From an uncultured bacterium (GTDB lineage: Bacteria; Desulfobacterota; DSM-4660; Desulfatiglandales; JALVMZ01): a stretch of DNA of 64,000 bases. Each line of letters begins with the position of its first letter. Position 1 is the first letter of the stretch. Below the pieces are notes generated by a model. The model did not search any database, was not told the origin of the DNA, and saw nothing but the letters and a program-made list of their open reading frames with translations. Position numbers and translations under genes: made by a program. Of the stretch, positions 55,312-64,000 are shown one piece after another. The stretch covers positions 11,411 to 75,410 of the forward strand of contig CBFDUE010000004.1 of assembly GCA_965613025.1 (NCBI GenBank). The letters run 5' to 3'.

Positions 55312-56177
55312 TATATAAAAGGGCATTAATAGGATTCATAATCATCTTATCACTCCATATAAGCCGACCGTGTGGTGCGGCCCTCATTAGACCAGATATC
55401 ATGTATCAGGGTGACATCTCTGAGATACTAATAAAAGATGGGATAAAGGGGGTTCCTGAGCTCTATTGGTTAGGGCATAAGGTGTATCTTAAAAGATATG
55501 AGAGATATTGGCTTGGATTTATAGGTGTGGATATCTCCCATCCAGAAGGCTATGAGATACTCTCTCTCAGCTATCCCCATTCTGATAAGGTGCATAAATA
55601 TAGGATAAGAATCGCTCATAAAGACTATGGTAAGAGGGTCTTAAGGCTTCCCAGGCAGATGGTGGAGTTAAAGGGTAAGATATTAAAGAGAGTCTTAAAG
55701 GAAAAGAAGATCCTAAAGGAGCTTTGGAATACGGTCTCTTTTGAGCCATTATGGGATATACCATTTATATATCCTGTAGAGGGAGAGGTGGTATGTGGAT
55801 TTGGAAAAAGAAGCATAATAAATGGTAAACAGAGATCGCCTCATAGTGGGGTGGATTTTAGGGCAAGAAAGGGTGAGCCTGTAAGGGCAATTAACCGAGG
55901 GGTAGTGATATTTTGTGGTGAGCTTTTCCTTGAAGGGAAAAGCATTGTTCTTGATCATGGTGGAGGGCTTAAGAGCATATATATCCATCTGGATAGGATA
56001 TTAAAGAAGAAAGGGCAATCTGTGAGAAAGGGAGAGATAATTGGGCTTGCAGGAGCAAGTGGTAGAGTGACCGGAGCGCATCTTCATTTAGGTATTAAAT
56101 GGTATGACCTTAGAGTAGATCCTATGGCATTGATTAAGGAGAGTACAAGAATTGAAAAGGAGATAGATATTAAATAG
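55308..56177 (+). CDS. M23-family metallopeptidase
   Basis: Signal peptide, then PHSGVDFRA..GEPVRA and GAHLHLGI. 4-nt overlap with xseA. Confidence 0.85.
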   Translation: MIYKRALIGFIIILSLHISRPCGAALIRPDIMYQGDISEILIKDGIKGVPELYWLGHKVYLKRYERYWLGFIGVDISHPEGYEILSLSYPHSDKVHKYRIRIAHKDYGKRVLRLPRQMVELKGKILKRVLKEKKILKELWNTVSFEPLWDIPFIYPVEGEVVCGFGKRSIINGKQRSPHSGVDFRARKGEPVRAINRGVVIFCGELFLEGKSIVLDHGGGLKSIYIHLDRILKKKGQSVRKGEIIGLAGASGRVTGAHLHLGIKWYDLRVDPMALIKESTRIEKEIDIK

Positions 56178-56195
56178 AAGATATGGGGGATATCT

Positions 56196-56435
56196 ATGGA
56201 AAAACAGAGCTTTGAAGAGGCAATGAAACGCCTTGAAGAGATAGTTCAGGAGCTTGAAAAGGGAGAGCTTCCCTTAGAGGATTCCATTAAGAGGTTTGAA
56301 GAGGGTATGAATCTTATAAGATTTTGCTCCAAAAAGCTGGATGAGGCAGAGCAAAAGGTGACAATGTTAATTAGAGAAGGTGATGATCAATACAGGGAGG
56401 TCCCCTTTCTTGAAGATAAAGATGGAGATGGTTGA
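56196..56435 (+). CDS. xseB: exodeoxyribonuclease VII small subunit
   Basis: SFEEAMKRLEEIVQELEKGELPLEDSIKRFEEGMNL. Confidence 0.9.
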   Translation: MEKQSFEEAMKRLEEIVQELEKGELPLEDSIKRFEEGMNLIRFCSKKLDEAEQKVTMLIREGDDQYREVPFLEDKDGDG

Positions 56436-57328
56436 TTATGGATATAAAGGCCTATATCAGGGAAAAGAGGGAAAAGGTGGATGATGCACTTAGAAGAGTA
56501 TTTCCACAGAGTGATGGATTTGAAAAAGAGCTTATAAGTTCCATGAGGTATAGTCTATTTGCGGGAGGAAAGAGGCTTAGGCCCATTCTATGCATAGCTT
56601 CCTGTGAGGCAGTGGGAGGAGATGAAAGCATCTGTATGCCCGTTGCCTGTGCCTTAGAGCTTATCCATACCTATTCCCTTATACACGATGACCTTCCCAG
56701 TATGGATGACGATGAGCTCAGAAGGGGTAAACCTACTAATCACATGGTATTTGGAGAGGCAATGGCCCTGCTTGCAGGTGATGGATTGCTGACAGAGGCC
56801 TTCTATCTGTTATCATCCTCTTCCTTTGCAAAAAAGGTCGGTTCAGATCGCTCCCTTGAGATTATAAGGATCATATCAGAGGCCGCTGGTTTTAGGGGCA
56901 TGGTGGGAGGACAGGCAGTGGATATCAGATCAGAAGGAGAAAAGAAGGATGAGTCAGTGGTAGAATATATCCATAGGCATAAGACAGGCGCATTGATAAG
57001 GGCCTCAGTTATAAGTGGTGGTATTGCTGGTAGGGGAACAGAAGATCAGATAGAAGCCCTATCTAAGTATGGAGAGAGGATAGGGTTGGCATTTCAGATA
57101 ATGGATGATATCTTAGATGTGGAAGGAGAGATAGATAAATTGGGTAAACATGTGGGTATGGATGAAAAGAGGGGTAAACTCACATTCCCTTCGGTCTTTG
57201 GCATGGAAAGAGCAAAGGAGATTAATCTAAATCTTATAGATGAGGCAGTCTCCTACCTTAACTGTTTTGACAGCCGGGCAGAACCATTAAGGGAGATTGC
57301 TCTATATATAATAAATAGAACGGGATAG
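56432..57328 (+). CDS. ispA: (2E,6E)-farnesyl diphosphate synthase / polyprenyl synthetase
   Basis: IHDDLPSMDDDELRRGKPT and QIMDDILD Asp-rich motifs. Conserved xseB-ispA-dxs order. Confidence 0.88.
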   Translation: MIMDIKAYIREKREKVDDALRRVFPQSDGFEKELISSMRYSLFAGGKRLRPILCIASCEAVGGDESICMPVACALELIHTYSLIHDDLPSMDDDELRRGKPTNHMVFGEAMALLAGDGLLTEAFYLLSSSSFAKKVGSDRSLEIIRIISEAAGFRGMVGGQAVDIRSEGEKKDESVVEYIHRHKTGALIRASVISGGIAGRGTEDQIEALSKYGERIGLAFQIMDDILDVEGEIDKLGKHVGMDEKRGKLTFPSVFGMERAKEINLNLIDEAVSYLNCFDSRAEPLREIALYIINRTG

Positions 57329-57331
57329 GCA

Positions 57332-59221
57332 ATGGAGCAGGATGACTACAGGATCTTAAATAGTATAGAGGATCCAAAGGATATAAAGAGACTTTCCATT
57401 GAAGAGCTTGAAATACTTGCAAAAGAGATCAGGGATAAGATTGTAAAGACAGTTTCAAAAAATGGCGGGCATCTGGCTCCGAACTTAGGTGCAGTGGAAT
57501 TGACATTGGCCCTTCACTATGTATTTGATGCCCCAAGGGATAAGATCATCTGGGATGTGGGACATCAGTCCTATGCCCATAAACTGATAACTGGAAGAAG
57601 GACACGATTCCATACGCTTAGGACATATAAGGGAATAAGCGGATTTCCAAAACGGAGTGAAAGCCCCTATGACACATTTGACACTGGCCATAGCAGCACC
57701 TCCATATCAGTAGGTCTGGGAATAAGCTCTGCCAAGTCCCTTAAAGGCGAAAAGGCACATGTGGTGGCTGTTATTGGTGATGGAGCTATGACTGCAGGCA
57801 TGGCATTTGAGGCATTGAACCAGACAGGACATATGGAAAAAGACCTTATTGTGGTACTAAACGATAATGCCATGAGCATTGCTCCCAATGTAGGATCTTT
57901 TTCATCGTTTATAAGCCGAAAGATGACAGGGAAGAGATTTGTGTATCTTAGAAAAGAGCTCAGAAATTTCTTAAAATCCATACCTGGAGTTGGAGAAAAC
58001 ATAATCAATCTGATAAGAAAGAGCGAAGATTCCTTGATAACATTTTTTACTCCTGGTATGCTCTTTGAGGCATTCAAATTTAAATATGTAGGCCCTATTA
58101 ATGGACATAGGCTTGAGCTTTTAATTGAGACCTTTAATAACGTTAAATACTTAGAAGGGCCTGTTCTAGTCCATGTAACCACACAGAAAGGCAAGGGCTA
58201 TGGACCAGCAGAGGAGAATCCCACCCTGTTTCATGGAATCGGCCCCTTTGATATAAAGACTGGTAGGCCCATAAAAAAGAGGGATTCCCCACCTTCCTAT
58301 ACGGAGATATTCGGAAAGACACTGGTAGAACTTGCTGAGCAAGACAAAAGGATTGTGGCTATCACCGCTGCTATGCCAGAAGGGACAGGGCTTCATCTGT
58401 TCAGGGATAGATTCCCTGAAAGATTCTTTGATGTGGGAATTGCAGAGCAGCACGCAGTTACCTTTGCAGCTGGACTTGCAACGGAAGGACTTAGGCCTGT
58501 TGTTGCCATATATTCCACATTTCTTCAAAGAGCCTATGACCAGATAATACACGATGTCTGCCTCAGTAACCTCCCTGTGGTATTTTGTTTGGACAGAAGT
58601 GGCCTTGTGGGAGAGGATGGTCCCACTCACCACGGTCAATTGGATCTTACCTATCTAAGGAATCTTCCCAGAATGGTGGTTATGGCACCAAAGGATGAGG
58701 ACGAACTGAGGCATATGCTCTATACAGCCCTTAGATATGAAGGAGGGCCCATTGCAATAAGATACCCAAGGGGTGAGGCAGTAGGTGTTGATTTGTCTTC
58801 TGAATTTAGAGAGCTTCCCATAGGAAGAGGTGAGATCCTGACTCATGGGAAAGACCTTCTGATCCTGGCTGTAGGCTCTATGGTCCAGCCCTCCATAAGA
58901 GCCCATGAGTTGCTAAATAGGGATGGTATTGAGGTGACTTTGCTAAATTGCAGATTTATAAAACCTCTGGATCCTCAGATTGGAGAGCTGTGCCAGAAGA
59001 TAGGTAAGGTGCTGGTGGTAGAGGAAAATATAAGACATGGTGGGCTTGGGGGAGCAGTGCTTGAATATCTATCAGATAGGGGGATATACGGTATTAAGAT
59101 TAAGCGGCTCGGTCTTCCAGATGACTTTGTGGAACATGGGCCTCTTTCAGTGTTGAGAGAGAGCTGTGGCCTAAGTGAGGAAGGGATATATAAAGCGGCA
59201 AAGGAACTCTATGAGATATGA
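57332..59221 (+). CDS. dxs: 1-deoxy-D-xylulose-5-phosphate synthase
   Basis: [37 protein letters not shown] and the transketolase-like C-terminal domains. Confidence 0.95.
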   Translation: MEQDDYRILNSIEDPKDIKRLSIEELEILAKEIRDKIVKTVSKNGGHLAPNLGAVELTLALHYVFDAPRDKIIWDVGHQSYAHKLITGRRTRFHTLRTYKGISGFPKRSESPYDTFDTGHSSTSISVGLGISSAKSLKGEKAHVVAVIGDGAMTAGMAFEALNQTGHMEKDLIVVLNDNAMSIAPNVGSFSSFISRKMTGKRFVYLRKELRNFLKSIPGVGENIINLIRKSEDSLITFFTPGMLFEAFKFKYVGPINGHRLELLIETFNNVKYLEGPVLVHVTTQKGKGYGPAEENPTLFHGIGPFDIKTGRPIKKRDSPPSYTEIFGKTLVELAEQDKRIVAITAAMPEGTGLHLFRDRFPERFFDVGIAEQHAVTFAAGLATEGLRPVVAIYSTFLQRAYDQIIHDVCLSNLPVVFCLDRSGLVGEDGPTHHGQLDLTYLRNLPRMVVMAPKDEDELRHMLYTALRYEGGPIAIRYPRGEAVGVDLSSEFRELPIGRGEILTHGKDLLILAVGSMVQPSIRAHELLNRDGIEVTLLNCRFIKPLDPQIGELCQKIGKVLVVEENIRHGGLGGAVLEYLSDRGIYGIKIKRLGLPDDFVEHGPLSVLRESCGLSEEGIYKAAKELYEI

Positions 59222-59949
59222 AAAAGGAGCGAATTGATATCCTGTTACTTAAAAGGGGACTAACTGAGAGCAGACATAGGGCACAGGCAATTATAATGGA
59301 GGGTGTGGTTGAGGTAGATGGAAGAAGGGTGGATAAACCTGGAAGACTTATCCCAATGGATTCAGAGATTGTAATAAGAAGAGATCCCAATCCCTATGTG
59401 AGCAGGGGAGGGCTTAAGCTGGAAGCCGCTCTCCGCCATTTTAAGATAGATATAAGAGATAGAATAATGTTGGATATAGGCGCATCAACAGGTGGATTCA
59501 CAGACTGTCTGATAAGACATGGAGCTTCTAAGGTAATGGCAGTGGATGTGGGTAAGGGATTGATACACTGGAGACTCAGAAATGACCCAAAGGTAATACT
59601 CTTTGAAGGTAAGAATGCAAGGTCCTTAAGAAAAGAGGATCTTCCATATGCGCCAGATGGTGTAGTAATTGATGTATCCTTTATATCTTTAAAATTGATT
59701 ATCCCTGCCCTATATCCCATAGTGAAAGATTCTGGTTTTCTGCTTCCCCTTGTAAAACCCCAGTTTGAGGTAGGGAAAAAGGGACTTTTAAAGGGGGGAG
59801 TGGTGAAAGATCCAAAGGTCCATAGAGAGATATTAGCGGATATTATTGATTTTTGTAAGGAGGAGGGATGGAATTTTATAGACTCTATGGAATCACCACT
59901 CCTCGGTCCAAAAGGAAACAGGGAATTCTTTATCTATCTTATTAAATGA
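59218..59949 (+). CDS. tlyA: TlyA-family rRNA 2'-O-methyltransferase (S4 + FtsJ domains)
   Basis: [31 protein letters not shown] and [11 protein letters not shown]. Confidence 0.88.
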   Translation: MKKERIDILLLKRGLTESRHRAQAIIMEGVVEVDGRRVDKPGRLIPMDSEIVIRRDPNPYVSRGGLKLEAALRHFKIDIRDRIMLDIGASTGGFTDCLIRHGASKVMAVDVGKGLIHWRLRNDPKVILFEGKNARSLRKEDLPYAPDGVVIDVSFISLKLIIPALYPIVKDSGFLLPLVKPQFEVGKKGLLKGGVVKDPKVHREILADIIDFCKEEGWNFIDSMESPLLGPKGNREFFIYLIK

Positions 59950-59950
59950 T

Positions 59951-60241
59951 CTATCCCCTTGCGCCTCTCTTTGATGCCTTTAGGGGATTGAGCCTCTTTT
60001 CCCTTCCTCCATTTGAGGATGAGACATGGGTTGCCATATTACAGACACCATATCTCCATTTGACGGAAGGATCTGGAAAGTGGATACAAAAACGCCCAGA
60101 TGGGAACTCCTTAATCCTTCCACATCCCTCACATTGCTCAACCACTGGATAACACCTTCCACCATTATACTGACATCCCGTCTGGGTCATAAAAAAACAC
60201 TCAAACCCGGGCTTTAAAGTTTTACAGACCATAGCTATCAC
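59951..60241 (-). CDS. small cysteine-rich protein with a PxxKW motif
   Basis: 96 aa with 11 Cys. FPDPSVKWRYGVCNMATH matches what I recall as the PxxKW cysteine-rich family. Confidence 0.55.
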   Translation of the reverse strand: MIAMVCKTLKPGFECFFMTQTGCQYNGGRCYPVVEQCEGCGRIKEFPSGRFCIHFPDPSVKWRYGVCNMATHVSSSNGGREKRLNPLKASKRGARG

Positions 60242-60338
60242 ATCCTTTCTATAAGATTTTTAAAGGCTGGATTTATGAAAAAATAGTAAAAGATTGTCAA
60301 GAAAAATTTTTTAATTAGATAAAGAAAGGAGTTAGAGC

Positions 60339-60353
60339 TTGAAATTATTTCAA
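60339..60353. promoter_or_regulatory. 7-1-7 perfect palindrome TTGAAAT-T-ATTTCAA upstream of the molybdopterin oxidoreductase gene
   Basis: Seen directly, 44 nt upstream of the GTG at 60397. It is reminiscent of CRP/FNR-type half-sites (TTGA...TCAA), but the spacing is not canonical. Confidence 0.3.
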
Positions 60354-60396
60354 TTTTATAGAATAGCTATGCAAAAATCTGATAGGGGTATTTAAA

Positions 60397-62544
60397 GTGC
60401 AAAGATTTAGATATGCCAATATAGAAAAGGAACTTTCCTTTTATGGCTATGATAAGGCTATAAAGAGCCACTGCAGAATGTGTCACGGTGGATGTGGGGT
60501 TATTATCTATCTTAAAGATGGCGTGATTAAAAAGATTTCTGGAGATCCAGACTGCCCTATAAACAGGGGCACACTTTGCCCAAAAGGCCTTGCAGCACAT
60601 CACCTTGCCTATCATCCAGAACGTATTGTTCATCCAATGAAGAGAATTGGGCCTAAGGGAAGCGGAAAGTGGCAGAGGATCACATGGGATGAGGCATTGG
60701 ATATTGTATCTGAAAAGATCCTTCAATTTAAGAAGGAATACGGAGCAGAGTCCATTGTGCTTGGATATGGGACAGGAAGAGAGAATGAAGGTGTTATATA
60801 TAGGTTTGCCAATACCCTTGGAACTCCCAATGTGCTTACCGCAGGGCATTTTTGCTATGGCCCCAGGATTGCAGCCGGTATTATCACCTGTGGAGGGCTT
60901 CCTGTTGCTGATTATGAAAATGACCCCAAGTGTATCCTGGTATGGGGAAACAATATTGTGATTAGCAATCCGGACGAATATAAGGCAGAAGGATTCTGTA
61001 GGGCTCTTCGTAAAGGAGCAAAGCTCATAGTGGTGGACCCCCGTATGACCCGCATAGCATCAAGGGCAGATGTGTGGTTACAATTAAGACCCGGCACAGA
61101 CACCGCACTTGCATATGGTATCATCCATGTGATTGTGGATGAAGGGCTCTATGACAGGGATTTTGTCAATAACTATGTGCATGGATGGGAAGAATTCTTA
61201 GAGAGGGTAAAAGAATTTCCACCCAAGAAGGTAGCGGAAATTACCTGGGTTCCAGAGGAAAAGATAAGGGAAGCAGCAAGGTTATTTGCTACCACTAAGC
61301 CTTCAGCCATTCAGTGGGGAGTTGCCATTGAACAGCAGATAAATTGCTTGGATAATAACCGAATCCTAATGATCCTATCTGCAATCACTGGGAACTTTGA
61401 TGTTCCTGGAGGCCAGGTCCTCTTTAGACCCCCAAAGATAAGAACAGTATCTGAATTTAGTGCCCATAAGATGCTTCCAAAAGAGCAGGCCCAAAAGAGA
61501 CTTGGAGGAGAGAGCTTCAAAGTAGCATCCCATTTTGCAATTATAAATCCCAAATGTGTATGGGATGCTATCTTGAGTGAAAAGCCATATCCGGTTAAGA
61601 TGCTATTCTTTATAAGCTCCAATCCCCTGCTTACCAGGGCCAATTCTGGATATGTATATGAGGCATTAAAGAAGGTGGAATTTATGGCAGTTGCTGACTT
61701 CTTCCTAACCCCTACTGCACAGATGGCCGATATATTTTTACCTTCTGCCACATGGCTTGAGATGGACTATATAGGGGACTTCTGGAAAAGGCATGGATAT
61801 ATTCTTCCAAGAAGAAAGGTGATAGAGGTGGGAGAGTGTAGATCTGACCATGAAATCCTAAATGAGCTTTCCAAACGGGTTGGGCTAAAAGAGCTTTGGT
61901 GGGATAGATTTGAAGATGCCCTAAATTATATCTTAGAGCCTATGGAAATTAATTGGCCCCAATTTAAGGAGATGGACTATATTAAGTCACAGAGGAAGTA
62001 CAGAAAATATAAAGAAAAGGGCTTTTCAACCCCCACTAAGAAATTTGAGATCTACTCCACACTGCTTGAGCAATGGGGTTATGATCCACTTCCCCAATAT
62101 ATAGAGCCTCCTGAAGATCCACAAAAGAATCCAGAGCTATTAAAAGAATATCCCTATATCCTGATTACAGGAAGGAGACTGCCAGGCTTTTTCCATACTG
62201 AAAATAGGCAGATAAAGGTGCTCAGAGAGCTTCATAAGGACCCTGTAGTTGAGATCCATCCCCAGACCGCTAAGGAAGAAGGGATTACAGATGGGGATTG
62301 GATTGTGGTGGAGACCCCTAGGGGAAGAGCCAAATTTAAAGCAAGACTCTTTAAAGGGATCAATCCAAAGGTGTTAAGTGCAGAACATGCCTGGTGGTTT
62401 CCTGAAAGGGAAGATCCCATGTCTTCATGGAATGAATCCAACATTAATATGGTGACAGATAATTCATTTGAAAATTGTGATCCTAAGATGGGTGCAACTC
62501 ATGTAAGAAGTCTCCTCTGTAAAATATATCCAGAAAGGGGCTAA
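60397..62544 (+). CDS. molybdopterin/tungstopterin oxidoreductase catalytic subunit (DMSO-reductase superfamily), no Tat signal
   Basis: N-terminal 4Fe-4S motif CRMCHGGCG...CPKG, MopB-like core and C-terminal beta-barrel (ILITGR..FFHTE). GTG start. No RRxFLK leader. Confidence 0.85.
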   Translation: MQRFRYANIEKELSFYGYDKAIKSHCRMCHGGCGVIIYLKDGVIKKISGDPDCPINRGTLCPKGLAAHHLAYHPERIVHPMKRIGPKGSGKWQRITWDEALDIVSEKILQFKKEYGAESIVLGYGTGRENEGVIYRFANTLGTPNVLTAGHFCYGPRIAAGIITCGGLPVADYENDPKCILVWGNNIVISNPDEYKAEGFCRALRKGAKLIVVDPRMTRIASRADVWLQLRPGTDTALAYGIIHVIVDEGLYDRDFVNNYVHGWEEFLERVKEFPPKKVAEITWVPEEKIREAARLFATTKPSAIQWGVAIEQQINCLDNNRILMILSAITGNFDVPGGQVLFRPPKIRTVSEFSAHKMLPKEQAQKRLGGESFKVASHFAIINPKCVWDAILSEKPYPVKMLFFISSNPLLTRANSGYVYEALKKVEFMAVADFFLTPTAQMADIFLPSATWLEMDYIGDFWKRHGYILPRRKVIEVGECRSDHEILNELSKRVGLKELWWDRFEDALNYILEPMEINWPQFKEMDYIKSQRKYRKYKEKGFSTPTKKFEIYSTLLEQWGYDPLPQYIEPPEDPQKNPELLKEYPYILITGRRLPGFFHTENRQIKVLRELHKDPVVEIHPQTAKEEGITDGDWIVVETPRGRAKFKARLFKGINPKVLSAEHAWWFPEREDPMSSWNESNINMVTDNSFENCDPKMGATHVRSLLCKIYPERG

Positions 62545-62546
62545 AG

Positions 62547-62990
62547 ATGGAAAGGTATAGGCTTTTAATTGAAGATAAGGAATGTTGGGGATGCAGGGCA
62601 TGTGAGGTGGCATGCAAATTAGATAAGCCTTTTCAGATTTCTCTTATCCGCATTCAGGAGGAATGGAAAGAGGATGAAGATGGTAATATGGAATTTATCT
62701 ATAGATTAAGGGTGTGCAGACACTGTGAGGAACCAGAATGTGCTGAGGCCTGCCCTGAAGAGGCCATATATAAGAGAGAAGATGGTATAGTGCTGATAGA
62801 TAGGGAGAGATGCACTGGTTGTGGACTCTGTATTGAAGCCTGCCCCTATGATGCCATATGGATTGATGAAGAGAAGGCAATTAAATGCGATATGTGTTTT
62901 AGGAGGATAGAATATGGGCTTTTGCCGGTGTGTGCAGATGGACTATGCATTGGAGAGGCCATCCGATTTGAGCCTGTTTTAGAAGATTAA
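62547..62990 (+). CDS. 4Fe-4S ferredoxin-type electron-transfer subunit
   Basis: CWGCRACEVAC, CRHCEEPECAEACP, CTGCGLCIEACP and CDMC. The start is 2 nt after the catalytic subunit stop. Confidence 0.85.
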   Translation: MERYRLLIEDKECWGCRACEVACKLDKPFQISLIRIQEEWKEDEDGNMEFIYRLRVCRHCEEPECAEACPEEAIYKREDGIVLIDRERCTGCGLCIEACPYDAIWIDEEKAIKCDMCFRRIEYGLLPVCADGLCIGEAIRFEPVLED

Positions 62991-63005
62991 GGGAGAGGTA
63001 AACTG

Positions 63006-64000
63006 ATGGAAGGAGGAATAATAGGATTTAAAGACGGTAACTTATTGGTGCCTGATTCTGTAATTATTCCCTATATTGAAGGGGATGGAACTGGGCCTGA
63101 TATATGGAAGGCCACCTCAATGGTAATAGATAGGGCAGTAGAACTGAGCTATAAAGGGAAGAGAAAGATAATCTGGAAAGAGATTCTGGCAGGAGAAAAG
63201 GCCCATAAGGAGACAGGGGAGTGGCTTCCCAAAGAGACCATAGATACCATAAAGCAGTATAGAATTGCTATTAAAGGCCCACTTACCACACCTGTAGGAG
63301 GTGGGATCAGGAGTATTAATGTGGCACTCAGGCAGATTATGGATCTCTATGCATGTGTCAGGCCCATAAGATATTTCCCAGGAGTCCCTTCTCCTGTAAA
63401 AGAGCCCCAAAGGGTTAATATGGTTGTATTTAGAGAAAATACAGAGGATGTCTATGCTGGATATGAGCTTATGGAGGGGAGAGAAGAGACACAAAAGTTA
63501 AGGCTATTTTTAGAAAAGACCTATGGATGGAAGATTCCTGAAGATTCTTCCATTGGGATTAAACCCATTAGCAGACGAAGATCAGAAAGGCTTATAAGGG
63601 CTGCCATAAGATACTGTATTTTGCATAATAGAAAGAGTGTTACCCTGGTTCATAAGGGTAATATTCAGAAATTTACTGAGGGAGGATTTAGGAATTGGGG
63701 CTTTGAGCTTGCAAAGAGAGAGTTCAGTGATCATGTGGTGCTTCAGGATGAGATAGATGGGGAGCCCCCTTCAGACAAGATCGTCATTAAAGATGCCATT
63801 GCAGACGCATTCTTTCAGTTTTCTCTAATAAGACCTTATGAATTTGATATTATTGCAACCACCAACCTAAATGGTGACTATATATCCGATGCATTGGCTG
63901 CCCAGGTGGGTGGAATTGGGATCGCACCCGGTGCAAACATAAATTATGAGAAGGGATATGCCATATTTGAGGCAACACACGGAACTGCACCTAAGTATGC
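63006..64000 (+). CDS. icd: isocitrate dehydrogenase (NADP), partial; 3' end beyond the window
   Basis: Own translation from the ATG at 63006 gives [34 protein letters not shown]...[23 protein letters not shown]...[17 protein letters not shown]. Absent from the ORF track because no stop falls in the window. Confidence 0.9.
   Translation, partial: MEGGIIGFKDGNLLVPDSVIIPYIEGDGTGPDIWKATSMVIDRAVELSYKGKRKIIWKEILAGEKAHKETGEWLPKETIDTIKQYRIAIKGPLTTPVGGGIRSINVALRQIMDLYACVRPIRYFPGVPSPVKEPQRVNMVVFRENTEDVYAGYELMEGREETQKLRLFLEKTYGWKIPEDSSIGIKPISRRRSERLIRAAIRYCILHNRKSVTLVHKGNIQKFTEGGFRNWGFELAKREFSDHVVLQDEIDGEPPSDKIVIKDAIADAFFQFSLIRPYEFDIIATTNLNGDYISDALAAQVGGIGIAPGANINYEKGYAIFEATHGTAPKY

Noticed and set aside
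60242-60396. Moco riboswitch or selenocysteine recoding associated with the molybdopterin oxidoreductase
   Set aside because: The leader is short and AT-rich, with no extended GC-paired structure. The 715-codon ORF has no in-frame TGA, and a Cys-containing region (HFCYGPR) is available as a metal ligand.

Overview
About 40% GC (estimated by eye) and densely coded. I count roughly 60 CDS, many with overlapping or 1-10 nt junctions. The segment looks chromosomal and comes from a diderm, probably anaerobic bacterium. Evidence for that: a Lol/BamA/Skp/Lpx outer-membrane supercluster, a cytoplasmic Mo/W-pterin oxidoreductase, CooT and LarC. I cannot assign a taxon from sequence alone. Most genes are housekeeping: mnmG, purA, recN, rlmD, dusB, groESL, lysS, his genes, xseAB-ispA-dxs-tlyA and icd. 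I recognised no rRNA, tRNA, CRISPR array, transposase, integrase or phage gene.

The parts that stand out:
1. A tight 4-gene operon (7129-10179) sits behind a nested perfect palindrome. It encodes a PNP/UDP-family phosphorylase translationally coupled to a truncated LigA paralogue. That paralogue keeps the NAD+ (NMN) recognition domain Ia and the BRCT domain. Every nucleotidyltransferase catalytic residue is replaced, and the OB, Zn and HhH domains are missing.
2. One operon (17461-10194, minus strand) carries an MglA-family GTPase with the Arg-finger position changed to Lys and no mglB. It also carries two PilB/GspE-type ATPases (one fused to TPR repeats), a CheY-PAS regulator and recN. No pilin, platform or secretin genes are in the window.
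3. A five-gene signalling cassette of about 8.2 kb is bracketed by direct repeats of about 285 bp. It encodes a binding protein plus hybrid kinase, a GAF-PAS kinase, a D->N receiver-HDOD protein and a receiver with a degenerate HD-GYP domain. The repeats duplicate the convergent junction of a GT2 gene and an MBL-hydrolase gene.
4. IspH is fused to a UbiA-like polytopic membrane domain.
5. There is a four-PilZ protein.
6. The groES upstream region holds a GC-rich, multi-hairpin intergenic element and a 38-nt palindromic element. The palindromic element has a second, inverted copy 30.7 kb away.

All calls rest on reading the ORF translations and the nucleotide sequence. No database search was possible.
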